From assembly GCA_963828735.1 (NCBI GenBank), contig CAWHFW010000005.1:1472001-1536000 (forward strand): a stretch of DNA of 64,000 bases, written 5' to 3'. Below the pieces are notes generated by a model. The model saw nothing but the letters and a program-made list of their open reading frames with translations. It did no database searches and was not told the origin of the DNA. Positions within the stretch are counted from its first letter, which is position 1; each line of letters begins with the position of its first letter. Position numbers and translations under genes: made by a program. The DNA is from an uncultured Gemmatimonadales bacterium. Lineage in GTDB: Bacteria > Gemmatimonadota > Gemmatimonadetes > Gemmatimonadales > GWC2-71-9. Positions 1 through 8,139 of this stretch are shown one piece after another.

Positions 1-1
1 A

Positions 2-1468
2 AAGGGCATGGCAGGCGTGGTCGTCGTCGGGGACGTCGCGTACAGCCCGGGGCCGCGCGGCGCGCAGAAAGCGGTGGCCGATGCCACCGGCGCCGTGCGG
101 CGGGTGCCCCGCGAGTATCCCACGATCCAGGCCGCCGTCGATGCCGCCGCGCCTGGCGATCTCGTCCTCGTGGACCGCGGCGTGTACCACGAGGAAGTCA
201 CCGTCACGACGCCCTCCCTCACCATTCGGGGAGTGGACCGGAACGAGACCATCGTCGACGGCGAGTTCGTCCGCGGCAACGGCGTCGCGGTATTGGCCGA
301 CGGCGTGGCCGTCGAGAACATGACGGCGCGGAACGCCGTGCTCAACGGCTTCTACTGGACCGGGGTCACGGGGTTTCGCGGGAGCTGGCTCACCGCTTAC
401 AACAACGGCGACTACGGGATCTACGCGTTCGATGCGCGGGACGGGCTGTTCGAGCACTCCTACGCCTCCGGCTCGCCGGACTCCGGGTTCTATATCGGGG
501 AATGCTACCCCTGCCACATCGTCATTCGGGACGTCATCGCAGAGCACAACGCCATCGGCTACTCGGGCACGAACTCCGGCGGTGAGCTGTACGTCGTCAG
601 CTCCGTCTGGCGCAACAACCGGTCGGGGCTCGTGCCCGCCTCGCTCGATCTGGAGCTGAACCCGCCCCAGCGCGAGACCGTCATTGCCGCGAACCTGATC
701 GTGGGCAACAGCAACCCCAGCGCGCCGGCGGCGGCGTTGCCGTCAATCGCGTATGGGAACGGCGTGCTGATCGGTGGCGGCGTCGGTAACGTGGTCGAGC
801 GCAACGTCATTGCGGACCATGAGCAGCACGGCGTCCTCATCACGCCCATGTACGATCGGAACTGGTGGCCCGCGCGCGACAACGTGGTCCGCGAAAACCG
901 CATCGTTCGCTCCGGCCGGGCCGATCTGGCCCTGGGCGGCCCCGCGAGCTTCGGGAACTGCTTTGCCGGTAACCGGTACAAGGTCGCGGCGCCGGCGGGA
1001 CTCGAGCTGTTCCATGGCTGCGCCGGGCTGCGGCTGCCGCTCGGCTTCGATCCGCTGCCGCTCGTCTCGGTGGTGGGTTACCGCGGGTTTACCGTGGGCC
1101 ACCGCACGTTTCCGGACTGGCGGACTCAGCCGGTGCCGGAGCCGCAGGCAGTTATGCCCAACGCTGTCACCGCCCCGGCGCGACCCGCGGTCCGGGTGTT
1201 CGAGACCCTCGGCTTCGACTTGGCTCGGGCCCAGCTTCCCGCCGGCGCCGAGGCCGTTCTCACCCAAACGCCGGTGACCGTCCGGCCGATGGCGTCACCC
1301 GGTTCCATGGGTCGTGTGCTCGCCAGCGCCACGTTCTGGCTGATTCCCTTGCTGGCGCTCGCGTGGCTCACCCGCGGCCGGCGGCGTCCGATCCGGTTCG
1401 CGTTGGGCGCGCTCGCACTGTATGCCCTTCTGCTCGCCGTCACGTCGGTGATCTATGGACGCTTCTGA
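2..1468 (+). CDS. Parallel beta-helix repeat protein with C-terminal membrane anchor, 5'-truncated (probably preceded by a cupredoxin domain)
   Basis: Frame is open from the window edge. KGMAGVVVVG resembles the last strand of a cupredoxin domain; YPTIQAAVDAA..GD..LV..GVY.E is a typical beta-helix cap; repeated N-x-I/V motifs; two hydrophobic helices at the C-terminus. Confidence 0.7.
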   Translation, partial: KGMAGVVVVGDVAYSPGPRGAQKAVADATGAVRRVPREYPTIQAAVDAAAPGDLVLVDRGVYHEEVTVTTPSLTIRGVDRNETIVDGEFVRGNGVAVLADGVAVENMTARNAVLNGFYWTGVTGFRGSWLTAYNNGDYGIYAFDARDGLFEHSYASGSPDSGFYIGECYPCHIVIRDVIAEHNAIGYSGTNSGGELYVVSSVWRNNRSGLVPASLDLELNPPQRETVIAANLIVGNSNPSAPAAALPSIAYGNGVLIGGGVGNVVERNVIADHEQHGVLITPMYDRNWWPARDNVVRENRIVRSGRADLALGGPASFGNCFAGNRYKVAAPAGLELFHGCAGLRLPLGFDPLPLVSVVGYRGFTVGHRTFPDWRTQPVPEPQAVMPNAVTAPARPAVRVFETLGFDLARAQLPAGAEAVLTQTPVTVRPMASPGSMGRVLASATFWLIPLLALAWLTRGRRRPIRFALGALALYALLLAVTSVIYGRF

Positions 1469-2448
1469 TGCCTGATCTCTCGCGGCGAGACCTGCTGCGG
1501 GTGGGCGCGGGCTTCGCCGCCGGTGCCTTGAGTGCCGCGGTGTACGGGCTGCGGCACCGCGAGCCGCACGCGAATACGGCCTTTGCGGTCCCCCCGATCC
1601 AAAGCTACGGCCACGGAGTAGAGCCGCCGCCGGAGCTCGGTGCGGCAGCCCTGGACCTCTCGCTCAGGCCACCTGCGCCCCGGGAGGGAAGAGGCAGCAC
1701 GACGGTTTCGGCGGACCTCTGGGTATCCGAGCAGCCGGTGCCCGTGGCGCGCGACGTACGGTTCGCCGGATGGACCTTCAACGGAGGCATTCCAGGGCCG
1801 ATCCTCCGGGCCCGCGAAGGCGACGAGATCGCCATCCGGCTGCGGAATCTCGGCAGTCGTCCACATAACCTGCATCTTCACGGGCGGCACGATGTGAGAC
1901 AGGACGGTTGGCAACCGGTCCCGCCGGGCGGCGAGGCCCTGTACCGCATGCGAGCGGAGCCGTTCGGCCTCCATCCGTACCACTGCGATGCCTCGCCGGC
2001 CGCGGAGCATATCTCGCACGGACTCTACGGGATCTTCATCGTCGATCCGCCCCGGGGCCGCACGCCGGCTCACGAGGTGGTGCTCGTATTGTCGGGGTTC
2101 GACCTGGATGGAGACGGCCGGAACGAGCTCTACGGCTGGAACGGAGTGGCGGGGTTCTTCGAGCGGTTTCCGATCAAGGTGCCTGCGGGTGCCCTCGTCC
2201 GGGTGTACCTGATGAACATGGTGGCCGACGACCCGGTGGCGTCCTTCCACCTCCACGCCGAGACCTTCGATGTCTTCCGCAGTGGCACGCGTCTGGCGCC
2301 CGACGAGCGAACTGATGTCGTCACGCTGGCGCAGACCGAGCGGGCCATTCTCGAGTTCCGACTGCCGCGTCGCGGCCGATACATGTTCCACCCACACCAG
2401 CGCCACATGGCCGAACGCGGCGCGATGGGATGGTTCGCCGCGGTGTAG
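1468..2448 (+). CDS. Tat-exported two-domain multicopper oxidase family protein
   Basis: TGATG overlap with the upstream stop; SRRDLL twin-arginine signal; WTFNG.IPGP.LRA.EGD, HNLHLHG, YHC..H..G, FHLH and YMFHPH copper motifs. Confidence 0.85.
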   Translation: MPDLSRRDLLRVGAGFAAGALSAAVYGLRHREPHANTAFAVPPIQSYGHGVEPPPELGAAALDLSLRPPAPREGRGSTTVSADLWVSEQPVPVARDVRFAGWTFNGGIPGPILRAREGDEIAIRLRNLGSRPHNLHLHGRHDVRQDGWQPVPPGGEALYRMRAEPFGLHPYHCDASPAAEHISHGLYGIFIVDPPRGRTPAHEVVLVLSGFDLDGDGRNELYGWNGVAGFFERFPIKVPAGALVRVYLMNMVADDPVASFHLHAETFDVFRSGTRLAPDERTDVVTLAQTERAILEFRLPRRGRYMFHPHQRHMAERGAMGWFAAV

Positions 2449-2450
2449 GT

Positions 2451-4070
2451 CTACCTGTCCGCCCTCCACCGCCTGAGCCCGCTCGCCCAGCTGTACGGAT
2501 CGATATCCACGTCGTCCACCCGCCGAGACACGACGGCGACGTTCGCCGGCGCATAGAGAAAAATCGCCGGCGCGTCCGCGTTGAGCGTGTCCATCGCTCT
2601 CCGATAGAGCACGCGTGCCGAATCCACCGCCTGCGCCCGCGTGGCCCGCTCGAAGAGTGTGTCGAATGCGGGATCGGCATAGTGCCCGTAGTTGAGCGCA
2701 CCCCCTCGCGTCCATTGGTCGGCAAGTCCTCGGGGGCTGGGCTCGTCGAGCCACGCGCCGATGTAACTGTCGAACTGGCCTTTCCCCAGCCGCTCCTGGA
2801 AGACAGGGAAGTCCACCGCCGTCACCGTCACGGCAGCGCCGACCGCCTGCCACATCGCCTGCAGCGCCACGGCGATCTGTTTCCGCGTGGGGCTCGTGCC
2901 CGGCACGAGGATGTCGAACGCCAGGGCGCGATCGTCCCGCCGTCTCGTGCCTGCGGTATCCGCGCGTCGCCATCCCGCTGCATCCAGCGCGCGACCGGCC
3001 TGCGCGGTGTCGAATGGGAGCGTCCGGATGTCGTCGTCCCAGATCCACAGAAGCTGCGACATCGGTCCCGGTGGCGCCTTGGCGTCGTGCCCAAACGCGG
3101 AGCGCGCCAGGGTCTCGCGGTCCACCGCGAGCGCGAGCGCCCGCCGGGTCGCGACGTCGCCGAGCACCGGATGCGGGGCGGCTCCTTCGCCGCTCCGAAT
3201 GCGAAAGCCCAGGAATCCGTAGGTGGCGGATGCGTAGGGCACGAGTCGCAGGGTGGGATCCGCCGCCGCCCGCTGGGCGTTCTGCGGGCTGCCCGCCGTC
3301 TCGAGCACGTCCGCCTCGTGGCTCAGCACCAGGTTGAGCGCGGCGTCCGGATCCTGCACGAAGCGCCACACCACTTCGCGAATCGGCGGACGCGCGCCCA
3401 TCGCGCTGTCCGCGACCAGACGTACGTATTCGGCGCGCCTCCATTCGGCGATGCGGTACGGCCCGCTCCCCACCAGGTGGGCGATGGTCGTGTCGGCCGA
3501 CCAACGGTCCCGTGGCACCTGGGACCAGATGTGGCTCGGCAGCACACGGACATGGTACGTCGCGTCGAACAGCTCCTCGGCAGACGGCTGTGCGAACCGC
3601 ACGAGGATCGTCGTCGAATCCTCGACCGTCACGGTGAGCCTGTCCTCGAGGTACGGCCGCGCGGGCGCGTCCAGCGCGGAGTCGGCGAACGCCTCGAATG
3701 AGAACCGCACGTCCTCCGCGGTCACCGGCCGGCCATCCTGCCATCGGGCCGCCGGTCTCAGGTGAAACCGCCACGTGACCGAGTCCACGTGCTCCCACCG
3801 CGCAGCGAGGGCTGGCCGATAGGCCGAGGTGTCGATGGGTGCGGCTCCCGGCGCGAGATCAGCCAGCCGCTCGTAGACCTGATCTCCGATGTCCCGCGCC
3901 ACGGTCTCCACCGCGAGCGGCGGCAGCAGGTGGCTGGGATCACCGGTCGCGGCGATGACCAGCCGGCCGCAGCGAGCACAGTCGGCGGTTTCGGAGCGAC
4001 AGGCGAGGGCGAGGACGGCCAGGGCCACGACGGCGACGGCTCGGACCCATCGCACCGGAAGCGAATGCAC
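2451..4070 (-). CDS. Peptide/nickel ABC transporter substrate-binding lipoprotein (SBP family 5)
   Basis: GTG start after GAGG; lipobox LALAC; PALA..WE, W.DG.PVTAEDV.FSF and VGSGPY motifs. Confidence 0.85.
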   Translation of the reverse strand: MHSLPVRWVRAVAVVALAVLALACRSETADCARCGRLVIAATGDPSHLLPPLAVETVARDIGDQVYERLADLAPGAAPIDTSAYRPALAARWEHVDSVTWRFHLRPAARWQDGRPVTAEDVRFSFEAFADSALDAPARPYLEDRLTVTVEDSTTILVRFAQPSAEELFDATYHVRVLPSHIWSQVPRDRWSADTTIAHLVGSGPYRIAEWRRAEYVRLVADSAMGARPPIREVVWRFVQDPDAALNLVLSHEADVLETAGSPQNAQRAAADPTLRLVPYASATYGFLGFRIRSGEGAAPHPVLGDVATRRALALAVDRETLARSAFGHDAKAPPGPMSQLLWIWDDDIRTLPFDTAQAGRALDAAGWRRADTAGTRRRDDRALAFDILVPGTSPTRKQIAVALQAMWQAVGAAVTVTAVDFPVFQERLGKGQFDSYIGAWLDEPSPRGLADQWTRGGALNYGHYADPAFDTLFERATRAQAVDSARVLYRRAMDTLNADAPAIFLYAPANVAVVSRRVDDVDIDPYSWASGLRRWRADR

Positions 4071-4113
4071 GCGTACCTCGTGAATAAATGAAGGAGGATG
4101 ACCGACGAGCCAC

Positions 4114-4143
4114 TGCATCGTCACGATACATCCATGGAATACA
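4114..4143. promoter_or_regulatory. Candidate upstream activator sequences for a sigma54 enhancer-binding protein
   Basis: Two overlapping 17-bp near-palindromes, TGCATCGTCACGATACA (4114-4130) and TACATCCATGGAATACA (4127-4143), about 85-115 bp upstream of a sigma54 -24 box. Confidence 0.4.
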
Positions 4144-4185
4144 GCAATGCAGCCGCGCGACTTCCCGATGGACGGTACGACAGTG

Positions 4186-4210
4186 TATGTTGTTGTGCGA
4201 TAATTCCTTG
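4186..4210. promoter_or_regulatory. 25-bp intergenic motif (IHF-like bending site candidate), copy A
   Basis: TATGTTGTTGTGCGATAATTCCTTG, ending 16 bp upstream of the sigma54 promoter. Confidence 0.45.
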
Positions 4211-4226
4211 CGAGCACATGGCCGGT

Positions 4227-4241
4227 CGGCACGTCCGTTGC
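4227..4241 (+). promoter_or_regulatory. Sigma54 (-24/-12) promoter
   Basis: CGGCACG-TCCG-TTGC has exact GG-N10-GC spacing and is close to the TGGCACG-N4-TTGC consensus; it precedes an operon encoding a GAFTGA activator. Confidence 0.75.
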
Positions 4242-4285
4242 CTTCAGGGGGGCCGCCATCAGCCCCCAACTTTCTGGAGACATCC

Positions 4286-5080
4286 ATGCGCCGTCCAGTC
4301 CTTACTTCTGTCGCTTTCGCCGTGGCCGCGCTCGCTGCCTGCAGCGAAGGTGGAAGCCCGTCCTCCGACCCGCAGGTGAACTTCAACGTCGCGACTCGCC
4401 CGGCTTCGGCGGCTGCAATGTCGTCTCTCGCCATGGCCACCGCGGGTACGCCCGAGACCTTCACCGACGGCAGTAACACGCTGATCGTCGAGCAGGTTCA
4501 GATGGTGCTCCGCGAAATCGAGCTCAAACGGGTCGAGACTGCGAGCGGCTGCGACGACTCGGATGCTTGCGAGAAGCTCGAGGTTGGCCCGCTCCTGTTG
4601 GATCTGCCGCTCGGCGCTGGCGGCGCCGCGCACAGCTTCAGTGTCGACGTGCCCGCGGGCAGCTACGACGAGGTCGAATTCGAGGTCCACAAGCCTTCCA
4701 ACGATGACGCCTCCGACGCGGCGTTCCTCCAGGCGCATCCAGAGTTTGCAGGCGTCAGCGTCAAGGTCGCCGGCACCTACAACGGACAGCCGTTCACCTA
4801 CGTGACCGACCTCGATGCCGAAGAAGAGATCGAGCTCAACCCGCCGCTGGTGACCGCCGAGTCCACCGCGACGGACCTGACGCTGCTGGTGGACCTGGAC
4901 CGCTGGTTCCGTGACGGCGCGAACCACCTCGTGGACCCCGCGACCGCCGGCGCCGGGAACGTTAACGACAACCTGGTGCGAGACAACATCCGCGGCACGC
5001 TGCGCGCCTTCGAGGATGAGGACCACGATGGGACCGACGACCATCACGGCGGAGCCGACGACGGCCCCTTGCATGACTGA
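4286..5080 (+). CDS. Lipoprotein, DUF4382-like, with His/Asp-rich tail
   Basis: GGAGA RBS; lipobox ALAAC; VPAGSYDEVEFEV pattern; tail EDEDHDGTDDHHGGADDGPLHD. Confidence 0.65.
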   Translation: MRRPVLTSVAFAVAALAACSEGGSPSSDPQVNFNVATRPASAAAMSSLAMATAGTPETFTDGSNTLIVEQVQMVLREIELKRVETASGCDDSDACEKLEVGPLLLDLPLGAGGAAHSFSVDVPAGSYDEVEFEVHKPSNDDASDAAFLQAHPEFAGVSVKVAGTYNGQPFTYVTDLDAEEEIELNPPLVTAESTATDLTLLVDLDRWFRDGANHLVDPATAGAGNVNDNLVRDNIRGTLRAFEDEDHDGTDDHHGGADDGPLHD

Positions 5081-5095
5081 TCCCGCGGACCCGGC

Positions 5096-6436
5096 GTGAG
5101 CGAGCATCCCTGGCTCATCGCCATGGTCGAGCTCTCGGACAGCTTCGGCGCCAGCCTCGCGCAGCTGGCCCGGGAGCTTCGCGCGGGGGTCGTGATGTGG
5201 CGCCCCGACGAGGACGTGACCCCGCCGGCCGGTGCGGCGGTGCTGCTGCTGCTGGCGGGCGGTGAGGAGAGCGCCGCCATCGATCTGCTGACCGAGCTCC
5301 CGTCCCGGGGAGCGCCGGTCTACGTGGTGGGTGCGGCGGCCGATCACCGCCTCGCTGCGGCCGCCGTTCAACGCGGCGCACGGGACTACTTCGCCCTGCC
5401 GGATGACCTCGACGTCCTGCGCCGCTCGCTCGAGCGCGAGGCGCGCGAGGCACACGGGCGGGCTGAAGCCGGTCGGTTCGCGGAGGCCGAGCGGAGCGCC
5501 ATCGGGTTCGAGGCCATTCTCGGCCGGAGCGCGGCCCTGCGCCAGACGCTGGACCAGGCGGCACGGGTCGCGTCGCACCGGGATGTGACCGTGCTCATCG
5601 GGGGAGAGACCGGGACGGGAAAGGAGCTCCTGGCTCGGGCCATCCACTACGGCGGGCCACGCGCAGCGCACCCGTTCGTCGAGATCAACTGCGCGGCCAT
5701 CCCGGCCAACCTGCTCGAGAGCGAGCTGTTCGGCCACGAGCGCGGCGCGTTCACCGGCGCGATCGCCGCCAAGCCCGGCCTCTTCGAGCTCGCGCACGGG
5801 GGCACCCTGCTGCTGGACGAGATCGGCGCGCTGCCACTCGAGCTCCAGCCCAAGCTGCTCCGTGCGCTCGAGTCTCGGGCGATACGGCGCGTGGGCGGGC
5901 AGCAGGGGCGGCAGGTGGATGTCCGGGTGATCGGCGCCACCCATCTCGATCTCGCGGCCGCCGCCTTGCGAGGCGAGTTCCGCGAGGATCTGTTCTACCG
6001 CCTCAACGTCGTGGCCCTGACGCTGCCGCCCCTGCGAGAGCGGGATGGGGACATCGAGCTCCTGGCCGAGACGTTCCTTGCGCGCATCGCGAACGGGTAC
6101 GGCCTTCCGGTGCCCCCGCTCACGCCTGACCTGCGGACCGCGCTGCGGGCCTATGCGTGGCCGGGAAACGTGCGCGAGCTCAGGAACGCGGTGGAGCGGG
6201 CGCTGGTCCTTTCGCCCCGGGGCACCGTGCGCGCGGAGGAACTCATCCCCCCGCCGGCGCGGGTGAGCGCGCGCGGCGGCTCGACGCTGCCATTCCCGGC
6301 CACGATCGACGTCCTGGTTCGCGCCGCCGCGCGAGCGATGCTTGAGCTCGTCGGCGGCAACAAGAGCGAGGCTGCACGGCGGCTCGGCATCTCGCGACCG
6401 CGGCTGCAGCGGCTGCTCGACGGAGAGCCGGACTGA
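5096..6436 (+). CDS. Sigma54-dependent enhancer-binding protein (AAA+, Fis HTH) with degenerate receiver-like N-terminus
   Basis: GETGTGKE Walker A, ESELFGHERGAFTGA, LLDEIG, FREDLFYRLNV, WPGNVREL and GNKSEAARRLGISR. Confidence 0.95.
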   Translation: MSEHPWLIAMVELSDSFGASLAQLARELRAGVVMWRPDEDVTPPAGAAVLLLLAGGEESAAIDLLTELPSRGAPVYVVGAAADHRLAAAAVQRGARDYFALPDDLDVLRRSLEREAREAHGRAEAGRFAEAERSAIGFEAILGRSAALRQTLDQAARVASHRDVTVLIGGETGTGKELLARAIHYGGPRAAHPFVEINCAAIPANLLESELFGHERGAFTGAIAAKPGLFELAHGGTLLLDEIGALPLELQPKLLRALESRAIRRVGGQQGRQVDVRVIGATHLDLAAAALRGEFREDLFYRLNVVALTLPPLRERDGDIELLAETFLARIANGYGLPVPPLTPDLRTALRAYAWPGNVRELRNAVERALVLSPRGTVRAEELIPPPARVSARGGSTLPFPATIDVLVRAAARAMLELVGGNKSEAARRLGISRPRLQRLLDGEPD

Positions 6437-6463
6437 AGCGCCGGCCACACCCTGGAGACTGAC

Positions 6464-7081
6464 ATGCGTTCCGTTCGCGTCCTGCGTTCCTTCATAGCCG
6501 CCGCCCTCGCCGGCCTGGCCGTCTCGTGCTCCGACTCGGCGGGCCCCGACGCCAGCAAGCCGCCGGAGGAATTGAACGTCGTCCACGTGGCGCCGTCCAG
6601 CACGGCGCTGTTCAACGCCGCCGACAGCTTCTACGCCAAGCGCGGAGAGGATCGAGAGGTCCGGATCTACTTCCAGGACGGGAGCGGCGGACAGGGCGAG
6701 GAGTACCTCCGCCTGCGCGTGGACGCGAACTCACTCTCGGCCCTGCCCGACGGCACCCCGATCGCCGAGGGCGACTCGGTTCTCATTCACGTGCGCGTGG
6801 TGGATCCGGCCGAGATGCTGTTCGAGCTCCAGCCGTCGGGGCTGACCTTCAGCTCTGGTGCGCCGGCGCGGCTCAAGATCCACTATGACCACGCGGACGG
6901 CGACCTCAACGATGACGGTGTCGCCAACGGCGACGACGACGCCATCGAGAGCACGCTCTCGATCTGGCGGCAGGAGAACCCGGGCGACCCGTTCGTGCGC
7001 CTCACATCGGTGCTCACGGTCGAGACCGACGAGGCGGATGCCGACCTGACCGGCTTCAGCCGCTACGCGCTGGCCTACTGA
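6464..7081 (+). CDS. Hypothetical lipoprotein
   Basis: GGAGA RBS; lipobox LAVSC; acidic DGDLNDDG loop; ends in GFSRYALAY. Confidence 0.7.
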   Translation: MRSVRVLRSFIAAALAGLAVSCSDSAGPDASKPPEELNVVHVAPSSTALFNAADSFYAKRGEDREVRIYFQDGSGGQGEEYLRLRVDANSLSALPDGTPIAEGDSVLIHVRVVDPAEMLFELQPSGLTFSSGAPARLKIHYDHADGDLNDDGVANGDDDAIESTLSIWRQENPGDPFVRLTSVLTVETDEADADLTGFSRYALAY

Positions 7082-7088
7082 CTCGCCG

Positions 7089-8096
7089 ATGACGCCCACG
7101 CCGTTCGCGGACGACGCCATGCAGCAGCTCCGGGAGCTGGTGCGAGCGGGCCGCTTCAGCGAGGCACTGGAGTGGTATCGCGGCGTCGAGACGACGCCGG
7201 CGGGACGCCGCGGCGACGCGCGGCTGCTCGCCGCCACCGCCGCCACCCGACTGGGCGAGTTTCCCGTCGCCGAGACCCTGGCGGGCGAGGCGCTCGCGGC
7301 CTTCCGCGCGCGCGGCGATACCGACGGGAGGATGCGCGCGCTCAACCTGCTCGGCGTCATCCGGTTCGAGCGCGGCAGGCTGGGCGAGGCCGAGCAGTCG
7401 CTCGCGGAAGCGCTCAACCTGGCGACCCAGCTGGGTGACAGTCTCACCGCGGCGCGGGCGTGCAACAACCTTGCGTCTGCCATCCATCTGCGAGGCCGGC
7501 CGGGCGAGGCGCTGGGGCTCTACCGGGGGGCGCTCCTCGCCTACCAGCGTCTCGGCGACCGGCGCGGCACGGCGGAGGCGTACCACAACCTCGGGCTCAT
7601 CTACCGCCAGCTCGGCGACTGGCGAAGCGCGGAGGATGCCACCGGCGAGGCGCTGCGCCACGCCGAGGTCGTGGGCGAGCGCGGACTTCTCGCCCTCGCG
7701 ACCACTGGCCGGGCCGAGTTGATGGCGGAGCGCGCCCAGCTCCCGCAGGCGAGGCAGGAGCTGGAGCGTGCCGCCAGCTGGGCGGCCGAATCCGGCGACG
7801 AGGTTGGCCGCGCCGAAGTCGAGCGGGTCCGAGCGCTCGTGGCGTACAAGGATGGCCATCTGGAAGCCGCGCTCGAAGCGGCGGAGGCCGCCCTCGCGAC
7901 CGCCCGCACCTATGACAGCGCGCTGCTCGCCGCCGAATGCGCGGCGCTCGTCGCGCTCACGCTCAAGCGGCTCGGCCGTCACGCGGACGCGGATCGGCGC
8001 CGTGTCGAGGCGGAGGAGGGGTTCCGTCGGTTGGGAGCGGAGCCGCTCGTGAAGCGACTGACTGATGAATGGAAAAGGTCCGGTCGGAAGGGGTGA
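7089..8096 (+). CDS. Tetratricopeptide repeat protein
   Basis: Repeats such as ALNLLGVI, ACNNLA and AYHNLGLIY with ~40-aa periodicity. Confidence 0.85.
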   Translation: MTPTPFADDAMQQLRELVRAGRFSEALEWYRGVETTPAGRRGDARLLAATAATRLGEFPVAETLAGEALAAFRARGDTDGRMRALNLLGVIRFERGRLGEAEQSLAEALNLATQLGDSLTAARACNNLASAIHLRGRPGEALGLYRGALLAYQRLGDRRGTAEAYHNLGLIYRQLGDWRSAEDATGEALRHAEVVGERGLLALATTGRAELMAERAQLPQARQELERAASWAAESGDEVGRAEVERVRALVAYKDGHLEAALEAAEAALATARTYDSALLAAECAALVALTLKRLGRHADADRRRVEAEEGFRRLGAEPLVKRLTDEWKRSGRKG

Positions 8097-8139
8097 GGGT
8101 GGATCGTGGGCCCGTAACTCACGATCCACCGCTCATGGA

